From NCBI GenBank assembly GCA_050187625.1, contig JBFWXH010000020.1, positions 15,355 to 79,354 on the forward strand: a stretch of 64,000 nucleotides of DNA, given 5' to 3'. The first letter of the stretch is position 1. Each line of letters opens with the position of its first letter. Of the stretch, positions 20,685 to 27,817 are shown piece after piece. A model generated the notes under the pieces. It was not told the origin of the DNA, did not search any database, and saw only the letters and a list, made by a program, of their open reading frames with translations. This DNA is from Candidatus Binatia bacterium (GTDB lineage: Bacteria > Desulfobacterota > Binatia > Bin18). Both the position numbers and the translations under genes were made by a program.

Positions 20685-21614
20685 TCAACGTCGTGTCGTC
20701 AGCACCACCCCGCTAATCACTAGGCTCGTTCCAATCAAATGGACTGTTGTGATCCGTTCCCCGAGAAAGAGGGCGGAAAACACCAGCACAATAATCGGAA
20801 TAAGATTCATAAACACAGCCGCCCGATGCGGACTGATACGTGTCAAAGCTTGATAGTACAACAAATTTGTCAACGGTGAGAGCACACACAGATAGCAGAT
20901 GGCCACAACGATAGTCGGACTGAATGTAAACTCCTGAGTAAACGGTTCTTCGAGAAAAAAGACCGGCAACAAGGCCACCGCTCCAACCAGATACGCACTG
21001 CTCGTCGCTGCCGTTGGTGAACGGTGGGCCAAAGCCACCCGACTATAGACCGTATACACTGCCCAATTAAGCTGTCCGATCAGGAGAATCACATCACCCC
21101 AGTTGAACGAACGCTGCAGCAAGTTCGCCAACGAGCCCTGACAAATAATGGCCACCAGTCCGACAAAGGACAGCACAATCCCCGTGACATTGACCAACTT
21201 GAGCTTCTCACCCAAAAACATCCACGACAGCAACGTCACCCAGATGGGCGTCGCCGCCGCCAGGATACCTGCGTTTGATGACGAGGTCAGCTTGAGTCCA
21301 ACGTAGAACAAGCCGCCAGAGGCCAAGACCCCGGTAAAGGCCATGATGAAGCTGCTCTTGGGATCTTTACGAATTTCCTTCCACCACTGTGGGTTTGATT
21401 TGCGACCTAACAGATTCAGGACCAGCGCTCCAAAGATTGTCCGAATCGCCATAAGAGTGAATGCCCCAATAAATGTCAGGGCAAATTTGCCAGCTGGAAA
21501 ATTGCCAGCCCAGAGTGTGATGACGCCAAGCAACTGGAAGTAAGCCAACGGAAAACAGTCTCCTTTCTCCCCACACCTCGACACCAGACGCAGAGATAAA
21601 GCTCGCGCAATCAT
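20685..21614 (-). CDS. DMT-superfamily (EamA-type) transporter
   Basis: About 10 hydrophobic helices in two EamA-like halves. Start codon uncertain. Confidence 0.75.
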   Translation of the reverse strand: MIARALSLRLVSRCGEKGDCFPLAYFQLLGVITLWAGNFPAGKFALTFIGAFTLMAIRTIFGALVLNLLGRKSNPQWWKEIRKDPKSSFIMAFTGVLASGGLFYVGLKLTSSSNAGILAAATPIWVTLLSWMFLGEKLKLVNVTGIVLSFVGLVAIICQGSLANLLQRSFNWGDVILLIGQLNWAVYTVYSRVALAHRSPTAATSSAYLVGAVALLPVFFLEEPFTQEFTFSPTIVVAICYLCVLSPLTNLLYYQALTRISPHRAAVFMNLIPIIVLVFSALFLGERITTVHLIGTSLVISGVVLTTRR

Positions 21615-21647
21615 CTCCGCTGAGCTGGCGCAGCGACAGTCACCTCT

Positions 21648-22001
21648 CTATCTGCAGCTGTGCACAGTTCCGCGAACAACCCTGACTCCAGACCGGTGTT
21701 CAGAATGAATACTTCGATCTGAGAATATGCTGAGCAAGCCGACGAGGCCGATCAGCGTGAGGGCAAGCCATGAAGCACAATAGCTGCCCGAAACGTCAGT
21801 TAATAGCCCAAAGAGCAGCGGGCCTAATAGCATGAGGGGAACAGATAAAACTTGGACAACCGAAATCGCAAAGCCCGCTGACCCTGGTGTGGCAATTTCC
21901 GTCACCAGGGTGTGAAACAATACCGCCCAACTCTCCGACATCGACGTGGTGTCATGTAAGACACAGCAGCTTGACATCTGCCGCCGGTGCCCAGTAAACA
22001 A
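21648..22001 (-). pseudogene. Remnant of the C-terminal helices of an MFS transporter
   Basis: SVPLMLLGPLLFGLLTDVSGSYCASWLALTLIGLVGLL looks like the last 2-3 helices of an MFS protein. There is no upstream remainder. Confidence 0.35.
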
Positions 22002-22056
22002 CCTGAGCCTCTATGTGCTCACGCAAAATCAGCACAAGGCTAAGGAGGGATCACGT

Positions 22057-22953
22057 ATGGCGAAGAAAACGTGGATCGAAGTTGCGCTCAATGGCGCCTG
22101 GACGCGACGGTTGCAACCAAACATTCCGGTAACGGCTCAGGAGATCATCAACGAGGGCGTGGCCTGCGTCAGAGCCGGAGCCGCGGTGATCCATGCCCAT
22201 ACTCTGGACCCAGACACCGGTAAACAGAACAATAGCCTGGAGAATTGTATTGCTTTTATCGGCGGCATTCGCTCCCAGGTGGATGCCATCGTCTATCCCA
22301 CTGCCGCGCCTATTCCTTTGCCAGATGATTGGTACGCCCGTTATGCGACGACAATAGAACTGGTAAAACGGGGGTTGTGTGAATGGGGGTTCCTGGATCC
22401 GGGCTCATGTAATTTTTATCTCTCCGATACCAGTGGGCCATCGCTGTTTGGCGATAGCGGAGTGTACAGCAATCCCAACGGTGCGCTAGAGTTGGGCATT
22501 GAGCTGGCAGCCACGCATAAGTATCACCCGGCTTATGCATGTTACGAGCCGGGGTTCGTGCGTCAAGGAGCAACGTTACATCGCAAACAACCGGCGGCAC
22601 CCGTGCCGGTGTATCGCTTTATGTTCTCATCGGCCTTCACCTTTAGTTTTCCTCCGGAGCCCTGGGCGCTGGAGGCCTATGTGAAATTGGTAGATACCGT
22701 GGCCCCAGGGTCGCCATGGATGGCGGCAGGCTTGGCGGTGGATGTGCTCCCCCTAATCCCGACGATTGTTTCGTTAGGTGGACATGTGCGGGTTGGGCTT
22801 GAAGACGCCCCGTTCCAATCCTCGCGCAAGAATATCGAACTGGTAGATGCGGCCGTCAATGCGATTCAGAAGGCTGGAAGTGAACCGGCAACCGCCGCAG
22901 AGATCAGAGCGTCGTTGGCTGCCTACGAAATGCCGACGGCAAGTACAGCATAA
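22057..22953 (+). CDS. 3-keto-5-aminohexanoate cleavage enzyme family (BKACE / DUF849)
   Basis: ATG 22057 follows AAGGAGGGA. WIEVALNGAWTR...ITAQEI..EGVACVRAGAAVIHAHTLD matches the BKACE N-terminal TIM-barrel pattern. Confidence 0.75.
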   Translation: MAKKTWIEVALNGAWTRRLQPNIPVTAQEIINEGVACVRAGAAVIHAHTLDPDTGKQNNSLENCIAFIGGIRSQVDAIVYPTAAPIPLPDDWYARYATTIELVKRGLCEWGFLDPGSCNFYLSDTSGPSLFGDSGVYSNPNGALELGIELAATHKYHPAYACYEPGFVRQGATLHRKQPAAPVPVYRFMFSSAFTFSFPPEPWALEAYVKLVDTVAPGSPWMAAGLAVDVLPLIPTIVSLGGHVRVGLEDAPFQSSRKNIELVDAAVNAIQKAGSEPATAAEIRASLAAYEMPTASTA

Positions 22954-23083
22954 AACACCCGAATGAATAGCAAGAAGGCGACAAGCTATGCCAATATCGG
23001 TCACGGTCGCTCAGGACTCTGCTGAGTCTAAATCAAAACACAAAAGATTCGTACACTCCGTCACCTGCGGTGTCCTCCTTCCG

Positions 23084-23186
23084 CCCGACGATGAATCATC
23101 GGGCTCAGGCCCCAAAGCCTGGTAAACCAGGCTGGCAGGGGACTTCAGTCCCCTTTGGTCTGTGAGCCCGGTGCTTGAGCACCGGG
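23084..23186. other. Densely structured non-coding segment (nested and mutually exclusive hairpins); candidate cis-regulatory RNA or ncRNA
   Basis: gcctgg-taaa-ccaggc (23117-23132), ggggac-ttca-gtcccc (23138-23153), enclosing ccaaa/tttgg and gggctca/tgagccc stems. cccggtgc-ttga-gcaccggg (23167-23186) shares CCC with the outer stem. Confidence 0.3.
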
Positions 23187-23365
23187 CGGCGACTGTGCCA
23201 ATGTTGTGTGTTGCGATGTAGATCGGAGAACCACCGGCTAGAATCCCACGGGTTTGGCTCATCGCCCTCAGGATGTTTCAGCACGGCGAAGGGCAAGGAG
23301 AGTATGATGCGATTGAATTTCTCACTGGCGATAAGGTAGTAGTAGTTCACTAAAGGAGGGAAATC

Positions 23366-24556
23366 ATGAGTGGCTACACGATTATAGACGTCGATACCCA
23401 TGTTACGGAGACACCGGACGTGTGGACCAGTCGCGTCCCTGCGCGGATGCGTGACGCGGTACCGCACGTTGAGACTGACGCGCAAGGGCGACAATGGTGG
23501 GTTTTGGGGAATAATCGCCTTGCCAGTCCAGGGCTCAGCGCAACGGCCGGTGTCGGCGATATGAAGAACTGGCCAAAAACCTATGACGACATGCACCCTG
23601 GCGCCTATGACGCCAAGGCGCGGCTCAAGTACATGGATGAGATGGGCATTTGGGCGATGGTCATGTATCCCAACGTCGGCGGATTTGGCGCCCAGCAGTT
23701 TCTCAAATTGGGGGATCCTGAGCTGATGCTCGCGTGCGTGCAGGCGTACAATGACTGGCAAACGGAATGGGCCTCCGCCGACTCCCGCCGACTGCTACCG
23801 ACCACCTCGCTTCCATTCTGGGATGTCAACGCTGCGGTGCAGGAAGTGCGGCGCTGCGCCGCAATGGGGCATAAGAATATGCTGTTCACGGGCGAACCCC
23901 AATCTTTTGGGCAGCCTTTGCTGGGCGATCGCTCCTGGGACCCGCTCTGGGAAACAGCGGTAGAACTGGATCTGCCCATCAGTTTTCACGTCGGCTCCGG
24001 AAGCATGGACTTGGGGTTGCGGAAGGACAAAGTGGCAACCTATGGTCGTATGGCGACCTTTACTGACCTCTCGATCGAGATTCTCCTACGTAACGGCATC
24101 CAGGTGAGCGACCTCATCATGTCTGGAGTGTTGGCCCGCTATCCCAAGATCAAATTCGTGTCGGTTGAGAGCGGTGTCGGATGGATTCCGTTTGCCCTCG
24201 AAGCGCTCGATTATCAGTTCGTGGGCAACCGCGTACGAGAAGACCGACCAGACCTCGATCTGATGCCATCTGAGTATTTTGCACGCAATATCTATGCGTG
24301 TTACTGGTTCGAGCAAACTGCGCCGCGTCGGCTGCTCGACAAAGTCGGAGTGGATAATATTATGTTTGAGACGGACTTCCCGCACCCGACCTCGTTGTAC
24401 GGCGATGAGGTGCATGAACGGATCAGCAGTGGTCTGTCTGACTGTGAGGAATCGGTGCGACGCAAAATTCTCTGGGATAATGCGCAGCAGCTGTATAAGG
24501 TCGAAGGGCCAACCGCGAAGGATGAGGCGCAGCGGGCAGCGGCGGTCAGTGCGTGA
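23366..24556 (+). CDS. Amidohydrolase-2 family metal-dependent hydrolase/decarboxylase
   Basis: AAGGAGGGA RBS. IIDVDTHVTETPDVW start (D-x-H-x metal motif). PF04909-like layout. Confidence 0.8.
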   Translation: MSGYTIIDVDTHVTETPDVWTSRVPARMRDAVPHVETDAQGRQWWVLGNNRLASPGLSATAGVGDMKNWPKTYDDMHPGAYDAKARLKYMDEMGIWAMVMYPNVGGFGAQQFLKLGDPELMLACVQAYNDWQTEWASADSRRLLPTTSLPFWDVNAAVQEVRRCAAMGHKNMLFTGEPQSFGQPLLGDRSWDPLWETAVELDLPISFHVGSGSMDLGLRKDKVATYGRMATFTDLSIEILLRNGIQVSDLIMSGVLARYPKIKFVSVESGVGWIPFALEALDYQFVGNRVREDRPDLDLMPSEYFARNIYACYWFEQTAPRRLLDKVGVDNIMFETDFPHPTSLYGDEVHERISSGLSDCEESVRRKILWDNAQQLYKVEGPTAKDEAQRAAAVSA

Positions 24557-24707
24557 CGTCCAATGGTGGAAAAACAACTGATGATCAACCGGCTATCTCC
24601 CAAGCCGCTAAAAATGTGGCTGCCAAATGCCAACAGTCCATCATTGCGAGTTCTTCATAGCGCAGGAACTACGTGTCGAGGCAGAAACGAAGAGGAGGCC
24701 CCGATCC

Positions 24708-24788
24708 GTCATTCCCGCACAGGCGGGAATCCAGTGTTTTCCTCCTGGATTCCGGGTCGCGGCCTGCGGCCGTGCCCGGAATGGTCAT
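24708..24788. repeat. R1 palindromic MITE-like element (full copy)
   Basis: gtcattcccgcacaggcgggaatccag-tgttttcctc-ctggattccgggtcgcggcctgcggccgtgcccggaatggtcat. Confidence 0.6.
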
Positions 24789-24916
24789 GCATCTGCGCTG
24801 CACCCTTGACTATGAAAAGTCTGTAGGGGCGAGTAGCCGTTCGCCTCTACTTTCGGGGGGAATGACAGGATGCTACGAGCAACCGATGCGAGTTGAGGGT
24901 TTCGTTTCTGCAATGC

Positions 24917-24950
24917 GATTGCTTCGTCGCTCCTTGCTCCTCGCAATGAC
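24917..24950. repeat. R2 repeat, right arm only
   Basis: gattgcttcgtcgctccttgctcctcgcaatgac; compare 36971-37005. Confidence 0.5.
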
Positions 24951-24973
24951 AGTAATCGAAGGAGAATACGTCT

Positions 24974-25480
24974 ATGCCTTTTAGTGAAATTCATCACGTC
25001 GCGATCGCGGTCAGTGATATGGAGCGGTCGATAGCCTTCTACCGCGATATTCTTGGCTTTCGCAAAACCCTGGATATGCCACTTGACAGCCCCAGTCTGG
25101 ACCGACTGCTCCGCATGCACCCTGGGACAACCGGGCGCTCGGTTATTCTTCAGCAGGGGATGAGCACGGTCGGGGAAGTAGAACTTGTACAATTTTCTCC
25201 TGCCCCTACCACACCAACACCGGCAAAAGGCGCAGGTGGCCTCGGTGCGTTCTTATTGTCGTTTGCGGTCAAGGATGAAGAGTTAGATGATGTCTACCAA
25301 CGACTACTGAAAAAAGGCATCGCCTGCTACTCGGAGCCACAAGTCCTTGAGCTGCCAGGGTATGGGGCGACACGAGCGGTAATACTTGAGGACCCCGACG
25401 GTCAAATGATCGAACTGATTCAATTACCGTCGGCAGAAGAAATTCAGCGGGCACGGGATGCACAGCACGCCAATACATGA
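24974..25480 (+). CDS. VOC family (glyoxalase/bleomycin-resistance/dioxygenase fold) protein
   Basis: IHHVAIAVSDMERSIAFYRDILGF N-terminal VOC module. Confidence 0.75.
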   Translation: MPFSEIHHVAIAVSDMERSIAFYRDILGFRKTLDMPLDSPSLDRLLRMHPGTTGRSVILQQGMSTVGEVELVQFSPAPTTPTPAKGAGGLGAFLLSFAVKDEELDDVYQRLLKKGIACYSEPQVLELPGYGATRAVILEDPDGQMIELIQLPSAEEIQRARDAQHANT

Positions 25481-25586
25481 AAGCATCCGGGCTTAACAAA
25501 TACTGCGGATAGGCAATAGGAGCGTCCGCGAACAGACAGCATGAGCAGCGAAAAACCACCCACAGACAGAAAGGGTAGAGAACATT

Positions 25587-27224
25587 ATGGCGCAGTCTTT
25601 CCAATCCACGTCGGCAGCTAGTGCCAAGCCGATCGAACAGTTTGACGCAATTATTATCGGCGCCGGAATTTCCGGACTCTATCAGCTCTACCGTTTGCGC
25701 GAGCTGGGACTCTCGGTGCGGGTCTATGAGGCTGGCAGCGGTGTAGGTGGTACGTGGTATTGGAACCGTTATCCAGGCGCGCGCTTCGATTCCGAAAGCT
25801 ATTCCTATGGCTATTCGTTCTCGGAGGAACTGCTACAGGAGTGGGATTGGAAGGAGCATTTCTCCGGCCAGCCGGAGAATGAACGCTATCTCAATTATGT
25901 GGCGGACAAGTTCGACTTGCGCCGCGATATGCAATTCAATGCTCGGGTCAAATCAGCGAGCTACGACGAGCGCGAAAATCGCTGGCAGATCCAGACTGAA
26001 GATGGCCACCGCGCGCAGGCGCAATTCCTCATCACGGCAATCGGAGTCTTGTCGGCCCCGCAAATGCCCCAAATTGAAGGGCTTGAGAGCTACACAGGAG
26101 AGTGGTGTCACACTGGCTTGTGGCCAAAGAACCCGATCAACTTCGCCGGCAAACGCGTAGGAGTCATCGGTACCGGTGCGACGGCCGTTCAACTGATCAC
26201 GGAAATCGCCAAAGAAGTCGGTCATCTCACCGTCTTTCAGCGCACCGCGAATTATTGCGCACCCTTACATAATCGGCCGATTGATCCCGAGACCCAGAAA
26301 GCAATCAAAGCCAGCTATCCGGACATCTTCAAAAAATGCCGCGAAACGTTTGCCAGCTCGCTCCATCAATTCGATCCGCGCTCGGCTCTAGAAGTCTCGC
26401 CGGAAGAACGGCACGCCTTCTACGAGCAAATCTGGGCGGAACCCGGGTTCAGGAAATGGTTGGGTAATTTCCAGGACATCATGACGAACAAAGAAGCCAA
26501 CGAAACCTTCGCTGAGTTCGTGCGCAACAAAATTCGCGAGCGGGTTAAAAATCCAGTCGTCGCAGAAAAACTGGTTCCTAAGGATCACCCGTTCGGCTCC
26601 AAACGTGTCCCATTGGAGAGCGGCTATTACGAGGTCTACAACCAGGACAACGTCGAATTGGTTGACCTGCGCGAGACTCCGATAGAACGCATTACGCCCA
26701 CAGGCATCAAGACCAGCGATAAAGAGTACGAGTTTGATATCATCATCTTTGCCACCGGGTTTGACGCGGTGACTGGAGCTTTCAACCGGATTGATATCCG
26801 TGGTGTGGGCGGACAAGCGCTGAAGGACAAGTGGGCGGAGGGACCACGTACCTACCTCGGTATCCAGACCGTAGGGTTCCCCAATCTGTTCACGCTCGTC
26901 GGTCCTCATAATGGTGCTACGTTCTGCAACATTCCGCGCTGTAGCGAGCAGAATGTCGAATGGGTCACCAAATGTATCCGTTATATGCGGGAGCATAACC
27001 GTAAACGCATTGAAGCGACTCCCGACGCAGAGGCGGTATGGACCGCACACGTCGGCGACACGATTGCCAACTCGCTCTTGCTAGAGGCCAACTCCTGGTT
27101 CATGGGAGCGAATACTCCTGGGAAAAAACGCGCCTTTCTCATGTACGCGGGAGGTTCCCCCGCCTATCGGCAAAAGTGTGAGGAAGTAGCAGCCAAGGGA
27201 TATGAGGGGTTCGTGCTGCAATAA
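25587..27224 (+). CDS. Type-I Baeyer-Villiger monooxygenase (545 aa)
   Basis: [23 protein letters not shown], fingerprint variant YTGEWCHTGLWP, IGTGATAVQ. Confidence 0.9.
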   Translation: MAQSFQSTSAASAKPIEQFDAIIIGAGISGLYQLYRLRELGLSVRVYEAGSGVGGTWYWNRYPGARFDSESYSYGYSFSEELLQEWDWKEHFSGQPENERYLNYVADKFDLRRDMQFNARVKSASYDERENRWQIQTEDGHRAQAQFLITAIGVLSAPQMPQIEGLESYTGEWCHTGLWPKNPINFAGKRVGVIGTGATAVQLITEIAKEVGHLTVFQRTANYCAPLHNRPIDPETQKAIKASYPDIFKKCRETFASSLHQFDPRSALEVSPEERHAFYEQIWAEPGFRKWLGNFQDIMTNKEANETFAEFVRNKIRERVKNPVVAEKLVPKDHPFGSKRVPLESGYYEVYNQDNVELVDLRETPIERITPTGIKTSDKEYEFDIIIFATGFDAVTGAFNRIDIRGVGGQALKDKWAEGPRTYLGIQTVGFPNLFTLVGPHNGATFCNIPRCSEQNVEWVTKCIRYMREHNRKRIEATPDAEAVWTAHVGDTIANSLLLEANSWFMGANTPGKKRAFLMYAGGSPAYRQKCEEVAAKGYEGFVLQ

Positions 27225-27281
27225 GCGCGTTCCTTGAAAAGAGAAAAGAAACTCTCACCAAAAAGATCGAGGAGAACACCT

Positions 27282-27740
27282 ATGGCAACCGCCACCGCTG
27301 CTGAGACCACATCTTACGTCTTCGATGATCGCAATATCCGCTGGTATACCCTGGGGGATTTCAAGCACTTCGTCTTTGCTATGCTCGACGTCGATGTGCC
27401 AGGAAAGATTGTCGACTTCGTGCTCAAATTCCCCGCCAATGAGAAAATCTTTCTGCACCGCCACCTGGCGTTGACGAATACCTTGGTTGTCCAAGGGGAG
27501 CATCGTCTCTACGAACCGAATGGGAAACTCAAGGAGGTGCGTCCTGTTGGCAGCTACACCTCAAGTCCTCCAGGTGACCCGCATCAAGAGGGCGCAGGCG
27601 CTGGAGGTGGAGTAGTTTTCTACAGTGTACGAGGCAAGGACGGTGTCTTATTCGAAGTGCTTGATGACGATTTCAAGGTCATCGGGACGCTGACTCTAGA
27701 GGACTTCGCCAACGCCTACAAAGAACAGAAGGGCGCCTGA
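27282..27740 (+). CDS. Small cupin-like protein, paralogue 2 of 3
   Basis: ATG 27282 follows GAGGAGAA, 57 nt after the BVMO stop. LHRHLALTNTLVVQGEH, PPGDPHQEG, VLFEVLDDD align with 9405-9878. Confidence 0.6.
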   Translation: MATATAAETTSYVFDDRNIRWYTLGDFKHFVFAMLDVDVPGKIVDFVLKFPANEKIFLHRHLALTNTLVVQGEHRLYEPNGKLKEVRPVGSYTSSPPGDPHQEGAGAGGGVVFYSVRGKDGVLFEVLDDDFKVIGTLTLEDFANAYKEQKGA

Positions 27741-27817
27741 AGAAAAACCGGAATAAACATGAGCAGTCGCCTCAATAAGCAAGTAGGCGGACGTTTCATC
27801 AGCAAGGAACAACGAAC

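Noticed and set aside
23105-23761. 218-aa minus-strand ORF reaching from the structured spacer into the amidohydrolase gene
   Set aside because: It overlaps the 5' third of a well-supported plus-strand gene. The part in the spacer coincides with stacked hairpins and shows no protein-like pattern.
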